From assembly GCA_964574145.1 (NCBI GenBank), contig CAZNKJ010000002.1, forward strand, positions 2,075 through 66,074: a stretch of DNA of 64,000 nt, in the 5' to 3' direction. Both the position numbers and the translations under genes were made by a program. Source of the DNA: an uncultured Candidatus Saccharibacteria bacterium. Lineage in GTDB: Bacteria > Patescibacteriota > Minisyncoccia > Phycocordibacterales > CAZNKJ01. Position 1 is the first letter of the stretch, and each line of letters begins with the position of its first letter. The notes beneath the pieces were generated by a model. The model was not told where the DNA came from, searched no databases, and was given only the letters and a program-made list of their open reading frames with translations. Below, piece after piece: positions 27,198 to 37,205 of the stretch.

Positions 27198-27752
27198 CTA
27201 TGAAATGGTCATTGAGTCAGTATCCAAACTTTCCGATTCAAATTTTTTCAGTTCGGATAATATTTTTTGGTATTCTGGAAGATCTGTAACAGAAGTTACT
27301 CCAAGAAAAGAAAGAAGTTCTGTGGTGGTTTTATATATATAACTCCTGCTGTCATTAGGGTTGGATGTTTTTTCTATGAGTCCGCGTATAAGCAAGTTAC
27401 GGAGTATAAAGGTGGAATTAACTCCGCGGATGTAGTCTATCTCGCTTCGGGTTACATGGCCTTTATATAGGATGATAGCAAGCACTTCAGACCCAGCTTT
27501 TCCTAGGTCGCGAGAAAGCTCTTCTCTACGAATATTCTCTATTAGATTCGCCTCTTCAGACGCTGTGCGAAGCTCTAGTTTGTCTCCAGAAATAACGAGA
27601 TTGATACCGCGATTTTCAAGATTTTTTCCTAGTATTTCCACAGATTCTTTTATCTTTTCTTCAGAAGATTGTAGAAGTTTAGAAAGTTCTTTTATTTTCA
27701 TTGGCTCAGCTTTATAAAACAGCAGAGCTTCTATTTTTTGTTCTAATCGCAT
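27198..27752 (-). CDS. scpB: SMC-associated segregation protein ScpB
   Basis: IEALLF, EVLAIILYK.HVTRSEIDYIRGVNS, YKTT. Confidence 0.94.
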   Translation of the reverse strand: MRLEQKIEALLFYKAEPMKIKELSKLLQSSEEKIKESVEILGKNLENRGINLVISGDKLELRTASEEANLIENIRREELSRDLGKAGSEVLAIILYKGHVTRSEIDYIRGVNSTFILRNLLIRGLIEKTSNPNDSRSYIYKTTTELLSFLGVTSVTDLPEYQKILSELKKFESESLDTDSMTIS

Positions 27753-27766
27753 TTTATTAACTTGAT

Positions 27767-28513
27767 TTAAGTATAGCGCGGTGTGCTGACTGTTTCAGTT
27801 TTCATGTTTATCTCTCCAAACTGAGAATCTTGCTTGACTTCCAAGATCCCTCGTTTAACAAGTTCTAGCATCGCAAGAAAACTTATAATTATCGTCGCCT
27901 TTTTTTCTTTTGTTATTTTCTCACTTCTGCCAGCAAAATCATGGAAAGAGATAGAAAGATTTCGTGAAATTTTATCCGATAATTTTTCTATCATTTCCTC
28001 TAAACTAATTATTTTTTGTACTACCGTTTTTGCCAAAAGTTCCTTTTTTGGCAAATTTGTTAAGACTGATGAAATATGTGCATAAAGATAAGGAACAGAA
28101 CAAGTTTTATATGGAGAAAATACAGGCTCAACTTTTTGTAAGGATGATCTGGAAAAAAGAATAGTCTTGCCAAAATTTTGAATTAAGAACGGAGTAGTCT
28201 GCTTGAAGAGTTTATACAATTTAAGTCGTCTCTCCAGGTTTTCTATATCACCTTGTTCTTCTTCTGTGAGAGAGAGATTAGGTAATAAAGATTTGGACTT
28301 AATTAATAGAAGAGTAGATGCTACTAGAATAAAATGAGCAGACTCCCCTACTGGCATTTCTTCTTTTTCCTTAATGTGTGAAATATAATCATCTGTAACC
28401 GTAGCAAGAGAGATGTCGTTGATATGGAGTTTCCTTTTTTCTATTAGATGGAGGAGAAGTTCAAGAGGGCCTTCAAACACTTCAGTTTTTATCTGAAAAT
28501 TTTCCAAATCCAT
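27767..28513 (-). CDS. scpA: Kleisin ScpA
   Basis: FEGPLELLLHLI, LLLIKSKSLLP, FLAMLELVK. Confidence 0.95.
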   Translation of the reverse strand: MDLENFQIKTEVFEGPLELLLHLIEKRKLHINDISLATVTDDYISHIKEKEEMPVGESAHFILVASTLLLIKSKSLLPNLSLTEEEQGDIENLERRLKLYKLFKQTTPFLIQNFGKTILFSRSSLQKVEPVFSPYKTCSVPYLYAHISSVLTNLPKKELLAKTVVQKIISLEEMIEKLSDKISRNLSISFHDFAGRSEKITKEKKATIIISFLAMLELVKRGILEVKQDSQFGEINMKTETVSTPRYT

Positions 28514-28610
28514 ACATAAACTATACGTTTTTTGTGGCTTTGATTCAAGGGATAAAAGATCAAGAAAACCTTCTTAAGAAAGTTTTGAATAATAAACATA
28601 AGAAAATTAA

Positions 28611-28644
28611 ATAGCGCGGATTCTTATTGGAGAATCCGCGCTAT
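28611..28644 (-). terminator. Terminator hairpin of the lipoprotein gene
   Basis: ATAGCGCGGATTCT-TATTGG-AGAATCCGCGCTAT. Confidence 0.75.
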
Positions 28645-28663
28645 GGAAGCTTGAAACTTCCAT

Positions 28664-29167
28664 CTAGTTTGCAACCAGGCGCCATGTCCCGTTGGACTCT
28701 TGGCATGCTGTGGATGTGACATCCACAGATTTGTTGTCTCTGGACGAATTTTGTCCGAAGAAAAAGGCGTGGCTGTGAACTTTTTTACACGTTTTGCCTG
28801 AGGCAGAACGTCCTTCGTCAATTGTCCTGGAATTTCCATAAGAGCCCGTACGTGGGTTTTTCCACGTGATGTTGTTTCCAACGGAGGATTTGTAGGCTCT
28901 TTCCGCCGTTTGTTGGGCGTACAAGGCATCCGCCTTGTCGAGGGTATCTCCAACAGAGTTACCTATGCCAGCACCCAAGAGGGTCCCGATGGCGACTCCG
29001 ACCAACTGACCTTTTCCGCCACCGATGAAAGAGCCAGCAACAGCTCCACCGACAGCTCCTAAGACAGTTCCGACAGTTTGTTTTTGGCCCCAATTAGAGC
29101 CTTCATTTGCGCATCCTGCCAAAAAAAATGCCAAAATGCCAACCATCAAAAAACCAGACTTTTTCAT
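28664..29167 (-). CDS. Glycine-zipper lipoprotein of the Rickettsia 17-kDa surface antigen type
   Basis: Lipobox LAGC; KQTVGTVLGAVGGAVAGSFIGGGKGQLVGVAIGTLLGA; WKNP.TG, TACQ..GTWR. Confidence 0.85.
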   Translation of the reverse strand: MKKSGFLMVGILAFFLAGCANEGSNWGQKQTVGTVLGAVGGAVAGSFIGGGKGQLVGVAIGTLLGAGIGNSVGDTLDKADALYAQQTAERAYKSSVGNNITWKNPRTGSYGNSRTIDEGRSASGKTCKKVHSHAFFFGQNSSRDNKSVDVTSTACQESNGTWRLVAN

Positions 29168-29257
29168 CTCCTTATCCTTTCATTTCATTTCAACCCAGAA
29201 TCAAAAAACTCGAGTACCGTTCAATAGCTTGCCATATTTAACATGAAAAGTCAATAC

Positions 29258-29578
29258 TTATGGTCTTATTAGAATGTCCTGAAAAAAAATAATCCTATCT
29301 TTCTTATCCAGCTTTATCCCCTCTTGCTGATAGAGTTTTAAACGTTTTTTGCGATATTTTTCATTCATCCAAACACGTCCGTCTGCATATACGATTCTAT
29401 GGAACGGAATATCATGTATTCCTCCATCATACGCTTTCCCAAGGATGGTAGTGATACTCTGTGCCGCCATAGCTCCTCCACCAGCAGCTCTCGCAATACC
29501 ACCATAAGTCATCACATGTCCCCGTGGAATAGATAGTGCAATTTTCAGAATATTTTCGGTAAAGGATTTTTGTTTCAT
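29258..29578 (-). CDS. MGMT-family alkyltransferase-like (ATL) protein lacking the catalytic Cys
   Basis: IPRGHVMTYGGIA; IPFHRIV in place of PCHRV. Confidence 0.8.
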   Translation of the reverse strand: MKQKSFTENILKIALSIPRGHVMTYGGIARAAGGGAMAAQSITTILGKAYDGGIHDIPFHRIVYADGRVWMNEKYRKKRLKLYQQEGIKLDKKDRIIFFQDILIRP

Positions 29579-29614
29579 TCGGTGAATACTTATTTAGGTT
29601 GCCTTGAAATCTTT

Positions 29615-31279
29615 TTATATAAACAAGCGCGCTAGGCGGAGGTCTTCGTAGCTATATTTACCTTTTAGTTTTTTGTGTGCTGGAGAAAGTTTTGTTTCTT
29701 TTAAAGATTTAAATACCGACCTTATCGCCTTCAGGTCGGCCAGCTTTGGTGTATGTGGTTTTAGATCCACATCGTACTTCCCTACTTTTAGTTTTTCTAG
29801 GTGAGAAATAACAGTTCCCAAAGTCATCCCTCTTTCTTTTGCTACTTCTTTCAGACTTTTTCCTTCTTTTAAAAGAACGAGAGTTTTCTCATGTGATGGA
29901 ACTTTAGGCGTTAGCTTCTCAGCGCTGGATGTTTTGTTTTTTTCAATTTCTTTTTTGTCGTTTGTTCCGCTATTTTTCGTTATAAAATCCTCATGCATTT
30001 TCTGAAAATCTTCGGCACTAAATTTTTGTATCACTTTAGACCATTTTGTAGATTCGCGAATAAGCCGTTTGTTTAGTTCCAAAACGTAAGGGTCTACAGA
30101 GAGTGCCATATTGTTTAAACCAAGTAAAGTAAGCCCATCCAAGCTTTTTAAACGTGAAAGAGCCACATAACCTTGCCCGGGTACAAAAGATTTAGAAAGG
30201 TCAATTTCTGCCGCATCAAGGCTCATTCCTTGGCTTTTATGAACTGTAATAGCCCAAGCAAGACGTAGTGGCAGCTGCTCGGCTGAAGCAAGTACCTTGC
30301 CATCTTCTTCTATTTCCCATGTAGCTTGTGTTACAGATATTTCCTTTCCAGAATGAGTCTCAACCACAGGTACTCCGTGCTTCAAAGAGGTTACTATACC
30401 CAGTGTGCCATTTACATACCCCTCTTCAAAATTATTTTTAACAAACATAACAACAGCCCCCTCTTTAAGCTTCAAAGTTTCAGGTGCTAAAATGCTTTTA
30501 CAAAGTGAAGCTACTAGACTGGATTTCCCTCTTGTAGACATTTGGTATTCAAATTCCTCTTCCTCAAGTTTTTCTAATTCCTTTTCATTTACAGAATCAA
30601 CGTCAATGTTATGTGTGTACAAACGTGTGGGAGTTACTTTTGATTTTTTTCGCACACCCCTCATCTCTTCAAATATTTTTCTAGTAGTAGATGAGACAGC
30701 ACCGGAACGTATTTCATTTAAAATCTTTTCAAAAGAACGATCATCATTTTGCCGATATTGTTCCTCTAAGTAACATATACGTGCATTCATTTTCTTCCAT
30801 GCTTGTGAGCTGTCTACGTAAAAAACAGCATCTTCTCCCTTCACGATAGGTGGAAGTTGGAAGAAGTCTCCAGAAAGCACAATTTGCATACTACCAAATG
30901 AGTCATCATTTCCTTTCATAGCTCTGGCTAGTCTATCCAGCGCATCAAACATCCTTGGATTTATCATAGAAGTTTCGTCTATAATAAGAACTTTTGTTTT
31001 GTCGTATCTTTTCCAGAGATGTTCTTTTTGGGTGAGCATCTCAATATCGTAGTCAGACAGGTCGCTTTTTATTCCAATCCCACTCCATGAGTGAATAGTC
31101 ATACCATTGAGATGCGTAGCTGCAATACCTGTGGAAGCTGTCACGGCCACAACCACCCCTCTATCTTTCAAATATTCGGTATATTTGTTTAGTACGTGAG
31201 TTTTACCACTTCCTGCAGCGCCAGTAAGGTATACATTACGCCCAGCTTTAAGGATATCAAGAGCTTCTTTTTGTATCAT
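29615..31279 (-). CDS. PIF1-family SF1B helicase with C-terminal HTH
   Basis: TGAAGSGKT, TASTGIAA, TIHSWSGIG, IIDETSM, GDFFQLPP, PLRLAWAITVHKSQGMS, GQGYVALSR. Confidence 0.95.
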   Translation of the reverse strand: MIQKEALDILKAGRNVYLTGAAGSGKTHVLNKYTEYLKDRGVVVAVTASTGIAATHLNGMTIHSWSGIGIKSDLSDYDIEMLTQKEHLWKRYDKTKVLIIDETSMINPRMFDALDRLARAMKGNDDSFGSMQIVLSGDFFQLPPIVKGEDAVFYVDSSQAWKKMNARICYLEEQYRQNDDRSFEKILNEIRSGAVSSTTRKIFEEMRGVRKKSKVTPTRLYTHNIDVDSVNEKELEKLEEEEFEYQMSTRGKSSLVASLCKSILAPETLKLKEGAVVMFVKNNFEEGYVNGTLGIVTSLKHGVPVVETHSGKEISVTQATWEIEEDGKVLASAEQLPLRLAWAITVHKSQGMSLDAAEIDLSKSFVPGQGYVALSRLKSLDGLTLLGLNNMALSVDPYVLELNKRLIRESTKWSKVIQKFSAEDFQKMHEDFITKNSGTNDKKEIEKNKTSSAEKLTPKVPSHEKTLVLLKEGKSLKEVAKERGMTLGTVISHLEKLKVGKYDVDLKPHTPKLADLKAIRSVFKSLKETKLSPAHKKLKGKYSYEDLRLARLFI

Positions 31280-31342
31280 GAAAGATATTTTAACATATTA
31301 GACAAGGACCCAACTTAACAGGTTTCCAAATAAGTAAGTTCT

Positions 31343-31891
31343 TTATACGGGTTTTTGTTGTGAGATGTTCTTATCTTGAGATAAATTTGTTACGTCTTTT
31401 ATTAGTCCATTTGATATATAATATGTCTCTCCTTCCTCATTTCTTAACACTGTTGAACGCATAGTAATTCTGGATACTTTTCCTTCGAAACTTCCTATTT
31501 TCACTGTGTCTCCAATGCCATATTGGTTTTCAACTAAAATAAATAGTCCTGAAACAAAATCTTTTACCAATGACTGAGCGCCAAAACCAATAGCTAAACC
31601 TATCACACCAGCTCCTGCCAAAATTGGTCGTATATCTATTTTGAATAGACCCAAGACCATTAGTAAAACTATTCCGTAGATAATTATGTTTCCAGTTGTA
31701 ACAATAATTTCTCCAAGAGTTTTAGCCCTTTTTTCTTTTTGTGAAGTGTGAGAATCATCACCGTCGTCCACTATTTTAACAAGGCGGTTTACTACTAGTC
31801 TCAATAGAACTCTACCAAGAAAAAATAGAGTGGAAATTCCAATAATATCTACTGCATTTGCTTTAACAATATTGATTATAATTTCTTGCAT
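31343..31891 (-). CDS. Small MscS-family mechanosensitive channel
   Basis: ILAGAGVIGLAIGFGAQSLVKDFVSGLFILVENQYGIGD. Confidence 0.92.
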   Translation of the reverse strand: MQEIIINIVKANAVDIIGISTLFFLGRVLLRLVVNRLVKIVDDGDDSHTSQKEKRAKTLGEIIVTTGNIIIYGIVLLMVLGLFKIDIRPILAGAGVIGLAIGFGAQSLVKDFVSGLFILVENQYGIGDTVKIGSFEGKVSRITMRSTVLRNEEGETYYISNGLIKDVTNLSQDKNISQQKPV

Positions 31892-31908
31892 AGTATTTAA
31901 TTTATTTA

Positions 31909-33288
31909 TTAAAAATTCTCAACCAATTTAAGTAAAAACCGCACGGGCTCGCCTGCGGCGCCGGGAGCTAAATTGTCGCTTGGAATACTTTCCATACGAG
32001 GCGCGATATCAATATGTACCCACGGTAAGTCTCGTGCAAATTCATGTAGAAAAATTCCGCCATTTATAACACCGCCATATCTAGATCCCTTATGATTGAG
32101 GTTAGTCACATCTCCCCTGTTTCCCTTTACCTCTTCCTCATATTCTTCCCAAAGAGGAAAAGGCCACATGTAATCCCCTGTTTTTTCTCCGAGGTCTACG
32201 AACAGTTCTTCCAGTTTTTTATTTTTTGTCATTAAAGCATTTGTGCGTTGTCCTAAAGCAACAAGAGCAGCTCCTGTGAGGGTTGCCACATCTACAACAA
32301 GCCGTGGTTTGTATTTTCGAGAATAAGTAAGAGCGTCTGCGAGGATCACCCTTCCCTCTGCGTCTGTGTTCATCACTTCAATTGTCTTTCCGGACATTGA
32401 TTTGAGAACATCTCCAGGTCGATAGCTTTCCCCTCCTGGCATATTTTCAACAGCAGGAATAAGACCAATAATATTTTTCTTTACTTTCAATTTCGCAGCC
32501 AGAGTAATAGCGTTTATAACAGCAGCTCCACCTGACATATCTAAATGCATACCAAGCATGGAATCTCCTGGTTTTAAACTTAACCCCCCTGTATCAAAAG
32601 TGACCCCTTTCCCAATCAAGACTATTGGCTTTTCTTTACTCCCACCGTCGTAGTCCATGATTATTAAACGTGGCTCTTCTTTAGAACCCTTAGAAACGCC
32701 CAAAATGGCCCCCATTTTGAGCTTTTTAAGCTCTTTTGGTCCAAGCGAGGTTACCTTGATCTTGGTGCCTTTTACCGCCTTTTTAGCTTCTTCGGCGAGG
32801 ATTTTCGGAGTCATGTCACTTCCTGGAGTGTTTGCCAATTCTCGACAATTATTAACGCTGTTTCCAATTATTTGTCCCTTTAGGAAACCTGTTTTTATGA
32901 AGTCGCTTATTTTGCCAGTTACTACAATTTCCAATACTGTTGGCCAGCCGTCTTTTGGTTTTGTGCGAAATGTTGTAAATTCAAAATTCGCCATTTCAAA
33001 GTTTTGGGCAAGGAGAGATGCAATTTCTGTTTTATCAATTTTCTTGAGTTGAGGAAATAGAAAATCATCAAACGAAATGGCGATTCTCTTAATCTTATTT
33101 TGTTTCGCAGTTCGAATTATTTGACGTGCCAGCAGGCGTAATTTTCTGTATGTTATTTTCTCCTTTTTCTCTACGTTAATCTGTAAAACCGTCTGATCAT
33201 TTTTCTCAATGAGTTGTGTGTTACCACTTTCTGTTATTTTTACAGCAGGGATGTTTTTAGTTTTTTTATTAGAAAATAAGATTTTCAT
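31909..33288 (-). CDS. pepA: Leucyl aminopeptidase (M17)
   Basis: GKGVTFDTGG, DMSGG, NTDAEGR, ATLTGA, HIDIA. Confidence 0.93.
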   Translation of the reverse strand: MKILFSNKKTKNIPAVKITESGNTQLIEKNDQTVLQINVEKKEKITYRKLRLLARQIIRTAKQNKIKRIAISFDDFLFPQLKKIDKTEIASLLAQNFEMANFEFTTFRTKPKDGWPTVLEIVVTGKISDFIKTGFLKGQIIGNSVNNCRELANTPGSDMTPKILAEEAKKAVKGTKIKVTSLGPKELKKLKMGAILGVSKGSKEEPRLIIMDYDGGSKEKPIVLIGKGVTFDTGGLSLKPGDSMLGMHLDMSGGAAVINAITLAAKLKVKKNIIGLIPAVENMPGGESYRPGDVLKSMSGKTIEVMNTDAEGRVILADALTYSRKYKPRLVVDVATLTGAALVALGQRTNALMTKNKKLEELFVDLGEKTGDYMWPFPLWEEYEEEVKGNRGDVTNLNHKGSRYGGVINGGIFLHEFARDLPWVHIDIAPRMESIPSDNLAPGAAGEPVRFLLKLVENF

Positions 33289-33289
33289 A

Positions 33290-34696
33290 CTACTCTTTTT
33301 CTTTTAAGTTCTCATCTATGCTAATACCAAGCTCAGTTAAATGTTTTTGTAATACTTTAGAAGGTCCTTTCATCACAGAAGTGTGACCACTTCGTGTCAT
33401 CGGGAAAGCCTGAACCTCTCGTAAGGAATTTTCTTCAGTTAAATTCATTATGATACGCTCTATCCCAAGAGCTAGACCTCCATGAGGGGGTGTGCCGTAT
33501 TCATAAGCCTCAATCATATGTCCCACACTTTTTTCTACTTCTTCATCGCTATAACCCATTGTCTTGTAAACTGCACGTAAGATATCTGGATCATGTGAGC
33601 GAATACTACCACCACCTATTTCGTAACCATTACATACTAAGTCGTATTGTGACGAAATTATTTTCTCAATATTATTCCCATTCTTAAGCCATTCTATATG
33701 ATTCTCTTTTGGCATTGAAAAAGGATTATGACTAAAAGTCCACTTACCTTCGTCTGTTTTTTCAAAAAGAGGAAAGTCCACCACCCACGCATACGCCAAT
33801 ACCTTATTTTTCTTTTCATCTTCTGTGCGCAGATCAAATTTATCAGCTCCATATTTTTTTATTGCGTCACTATATGGAATTTTTGGAAAAGGTTTTTCTT
33901 TTATAACATAACCCATATTTTCTACCGTTTTGGTGATCATGTCTTCAACTAGATCCATCACATCTTCTTCTTTCACGAATGACATTTCTATGTCTATCTG
34001 TGAATGCTCGAACCCTCGATCTGCTCTAAGGTCCTCATCACGTATAGCACGGGCTATTTGAAAATATTTTTCAAAACCAGATGTCATTAGTAGTTGTTTA
34101 TACTGTTGAGGAGATTGAGGAAGAGCATAAAATTTACCAGGATGAAGACGTGAAGGCACTATGAAGTCGCGTGAACCTTCAGCAGTGGATTCGGTGAGAA
34201 GTGGTGTTTCTATTTCTGTGAAATTTTCTTTAAACAAATATTCCCTACACTTTTGTACAAAGGAACTTCGTATCTTGATATTTCTTTGCATACGTTTTGT
34301 TCGCAAATCGAGATATCTATATTTTAAACGTGTTGTTTCCTCTACATCCTTAGTGTCCTCGGTAATTTCAAAGGGTGGGGTTTTTGATTTATTAAGTACA
34401 GAAAAAGAAAGAGCTTCTATTTCAAATGAGCCATTAGCTTCATCTTTGTTGACCATTTTTTCTGGACGTTCATTTACTTTTCCAATAATTTCTATTACCC
34501 ATTCAGGACGAACGGAGTTTGCTGCTTTGTGAGCTTCTTCGTGGTTAGGAAGAACAACTATCTGCACTTTTCCGCTCATGTCACGCAAGTCAATAAAGAT
34601 GAGTTTACCGTGGTCACGACGAACATCTACCCATCCTGCTATAGCTATCTCTTTGCCTATATTATCTTTCAGATCTTTTATATACGTTCGTTTCAT
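33290..34696 (-). CDS. aspS: Aspartate--tRNA ligase (short, lacks the GAD insertion domain)
   Basis: RDHGKLIFIDLRD, RYLDLR, EGSRDF, ALPQSPQ, RDEDLRADR, GTPPHGG. Confidence 0.95.
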   Translation of the reverse strand: MKRTYIKDLKDNIGKEIAIAGWVDVRRDHGKLIFIDLRDMSGKVQIVVLPNHEEAHKAANSVRPEWVIEIIGKVNERPEKMVNKDEANGSFEIEALSFSVLNKSKTPPFEITEDTKDVEETTRLKYRYLDLRTKRMQRNIKIRSSFVQKCREYLFKENFTEIETPLLTESTAEGSRDFIVPSRLHPGKFYALPQSPQQYKQLLMTSGFEKYFQIARAIRDEDLRADRGFEHSQIDIEMSFVKEEDVMDLVEDMITKTVENMGYVIKEKPFPKIPYSDAIKKYGADKFDLRTEDEKKNKVLAYAWVVDFPLFEKTDEGKWTFSHNPFSMPKENHIEWLKNGNNIEKIISSQYDLVCNGYEIGGGSIRSHDPDILRAVYKTMGYSDEEVEKSVGHMIEAYEYGTPPHGGLALGIERIIMNLTEENSLREVQAFPMTRSGHTSVMKGPSKVLQKHLTELGISIDENLKEKE

Positions 34697-34708
34697 AGAG
34701 TTTATTTT

Positions 34709-35656
34709 TTATAGAATGACGCCTATTTTTTCACGCACCTCTTTCATTTTCTTTGCAGCAGCTTCTTTTGCTTTTTCCCCACCTTCTTTTAGTACTCTTC
34801 TTGCTTCTCCCTCATTAATACTTTTTCTTTTTTCACGAAATGGTGTGATGTAAGAGTCAATGTCTTCAATGAGAGCTTCTTTTAATGCTTTGTAATTATT
34901 TTTATTATCTTTATAAAATGATTTTAATTCTTCTTCACTTTTAAATAATTTATGGATAGCATATACGTGTTCTGGAAAATCTCCAGAAGAGTCAGTTTTT
35001 ATACTCATAACTTTTTTTTCTATTTCTTCTCTTTTTGCGAAAAGAGGAATTGTGTTTCCATAACTTTTACTCATTTTTTGTCCGTCAGTCCCTGGGACAA
35101 TAGAGGTGTCATTTAGTATTATTTCTTTTGGTAGTTTGAAAGTGTTTCCATACGTTCTGTTAAATTTTTCAGCAGTATCCCTTGCGTATTCTATATGTTG
35201 TTTCTGATCTTGTCCGACAGGGACAAGATCAGTGTTATAGAGAAGGATGTCGGCTGCCATTAGCATAGGGTAGTTAAATGTCCCGACAGAAACTTCATTT
35301 CCCTTAGCTTCAGCATCTTTATAGGCATGCGCGCGCATTAGATAGGGCATAGTTGTTATTGTTTCAAAAATCCACGCAAGTTCAGTATGTTCTGAAATAT
35401 CAGATTGTTTAAATAAAATTGTCTGTTCAGGGTCGAGTCCTATGGCTAGATAATCTATGGCTACATTCAATATATTTTCCTTTAATTCATTCTTGTCTTG
35501 AATAAAATTAAGAGCATGGTAGTCAGCTATAAAAATATAACCGACATGTTTTTTTTGGAGGTCAACAAATTGGCGCATGGCACCAAAATAATTACCAATA
35601 TGCGGTCGTCCAGTTGGTTTAACACCTGAAAGCAGAATAGATACTTGTTTTACCAT
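34709..35656 (-). CDS. trpS: Tryptophan--tRNA ligase
   Basis: SGVKPTGRPHIGNY, YPMLMAADIL, VGQDQKQH, KMSKS; start moved to ATG 35656 (TACTAT 7 nt upstream; avoids overlap with the kinase). Confidence 0.96.
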   Translation of the reverse strand: MVKQVSILLSGVKPTGRPHIGNYFGAMRQFVDLQKKHVGYIFIADYHALNFIQDKNELKENILNVAIDYLAIGLDPEQTILFKQSDISEHTELAWIFETITTMPYLMRAHAYKDAEAKGNEVSVGTFNYPMLMAADILLYNTDLVPVGQDQKQHIEYARDTAEKFNRTYGNTFKLPKEIILNDTSIVPGTDGQKMSKSYGNTIPLFAKREEIEKKVMSIKTDSSGDFPEHVYAIHKLFKSEEELKSFYKDNKNNYKALKEALIEDIDSYITPFREKRKSINEGEARRVLKEGGEKAKEAAAKKMKEVREKIGVIL

Positions 35657-35676
35657 TCTCAAAATAGTACCAAGAT

Positions 35677-36651
35677 TCAGGATGTTTTCAAAGTGGCTCT
35701 TTCTGAGGCATCTAGAGGAATTTCTATGTTGAATATAGACCCCTTCCCCTCTCCTTCCGAGGTTGCCCATATACGCCCACTGTGTGCTTCTATAAAGAAG
35801 TGTGCTACATACAAACCAAGTCCAGTTCCCATAACATTCACCTCTTTGGCTCCTGGTGCTCTGTTGTATTTTGTAAACAATTTAGCGATATCTTGATGAG
35901 TAAGTCCTATTCCTGTATCTGAAATACTGATATGCACAGTTTTTTTGATATTATCTCGTTTTAACGAAACAGTAACTTTTCCCTTCAAGGTATATTTAAT
36001 GGCGTTATCAATGATATTACTAATTACTTGTTTTATTTTATTTGAGTCGCCAATTATTGTGCAAGACTCTTCACTTTTTATAAAATTAACAACAGTGCCT
36101 CTTTCTTTGGCAATGTACATTTGTTCTTTTATAATGGATTCTATTAATCGTTCAATATCAAATTCACCCATTGAGTATTCCATTCTGCCTTCTTCTATGC
36201 GAGAGACATTCAAGAAATCTTCCACTGTGTTGGCTAGAGATGTGCTCGCTTTTAATATGCGACCAACAGCTTCTTGAACCCCTATGGGCACTCCACCAAA
36301 AGAACCTTCCAAAATCATAGAAGCGTATCCTTTAATGGCAGTAAGAGGGCTTCTTAGTTGATGGGAGGCTAGAGATACAAATTCTGATTTTTGTTTTTGA
36401 TCCCAAGCGTCATGAAGTTTACTTTCTGCTAATGAAAGTTCTGCTTTAAAAGCATCGCGTTCATTTTCCATTTTTTTCTTCCACTGTATAACTACATAAA
36501 CTGTGGCTATGGATACAAGTAAAATCCAAAAGAATAGTAAAGAAGTTAGTTCCTTACTAACAGTAGATTCCGGGAAAAAAATTTTGACAAAAACAGACGT
36601 TACTAAAATAGCAATTGTGGAAATGAGTGTGTAGAGAAAAGAGCGATGCAT
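35677..36651 (-). CDS. Membrane sensor histidine kinase (2 TM, HisKA, HATPase)
   Basis: ASHQLRSPLT, NIIDNAIKYT, DTGIG, GTGLGL; no response regulator in the window. Confidence 0.93.
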   Translation of the reverse strand: MHRSFLYTLISTIAILVTSVFVKIFFPESTVSKELTSLLFFWILLVSIATVYVVIQWKKKMENERDAFKAELSLAESKLHDAWDQKQKSEFVSLASHQLRSPLTAIKGYASMILEGSFGGVPIGVQEAVGRILKASTSLANTVEDFLNVSRIEEGRMEYSMGEFDIERLIESIIKEQMYIAKERGTVVNFIKSEESCTIIGDSNKIKQVISNIIDNAIKYTLKGKVTVSLKRDNIKKTVHISISDTGIGLTHQDIAKLFTKYNRAPGAKEVNVMGTGLGLYVAHFFIEAHSGRIWATSEGEGKGSIFNIEIPLDASERATLKTS

Positions 36652-36663
36652 ATAAATAATATA

Positions 36664-37194
36664 TCAGCGTTTAGCTAAAAAGAGAATACTTAAAAGAGGT
36701 ACTGAAAGCCACCAGAAGAAAAAATCAGAAGAAGAAAACAAAAGTTTTATAGGTGGGGCAAAAGAATAAAAACTAGCTATAGGTAATACATTATAAGCAA
36801 AAGCAATAAGTAAAGAAGTTGCAGCTAGAGATAATAACGATGCTTCAATAAAACGCCTTATTCCTCTATCTGGATAATCAGTAAATATTACACGTTCAAT
36901 GATTATATATACTCCAATAACAAATGCGAAAAAAATTATAGCATTTGATAATAATATTTTAATATCTGACCCTGTGAATAGAGAAAATTTGTCAGTATAT
37001 GGGAAGTGTATATAGATAAGAAGACTAATATATAGAGAAAAAATAAGGGCTATCATCCGATCTTTTCCATATCTAATCGCAAAGACAAAAAGAGCTGTTG
37101 CTGTTAGGATGGCGACCAAACTAGCTATAGAAAGCTCAGAAAAGAAAAACGAAAATTCTTTTATGTATGAAGAAACAGTACTCACTATATTCAT
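36664..37194 (-). CDS. Hypothetical multi-pass membrane protein
   Basis: About five hydrophobic segments; follows dnaJ in the same orientation. Confidence 0.75.
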   Translation of the reverse strand: MNIVSTVSSYIKEFSFFFSELSIASLVAILTATALFVFAIRYGKDRMIALIFSLYISLLIYIHFPYTDKFSLFTGSDIKILLSNAIIFFAFVIGVYIIIERVIFTDYPDRGIRRFIEASLLSLAATSLLIAFAYNVLPIASFYSFAPPIKLLFSSSDFFFWWLSVPLLSILFLAKR

Positions 37195-37205
37195 GATAGC
37201 TTTTA

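Noticed and set aside
35657-35770. N-terminal extension of TrpRS overlapping the histidine kinase (also extensions of infA and the PD-(D/E)XK gene)
   Set aside because: Longest-ORF artefacts; family homology begins at the downstream ATGs
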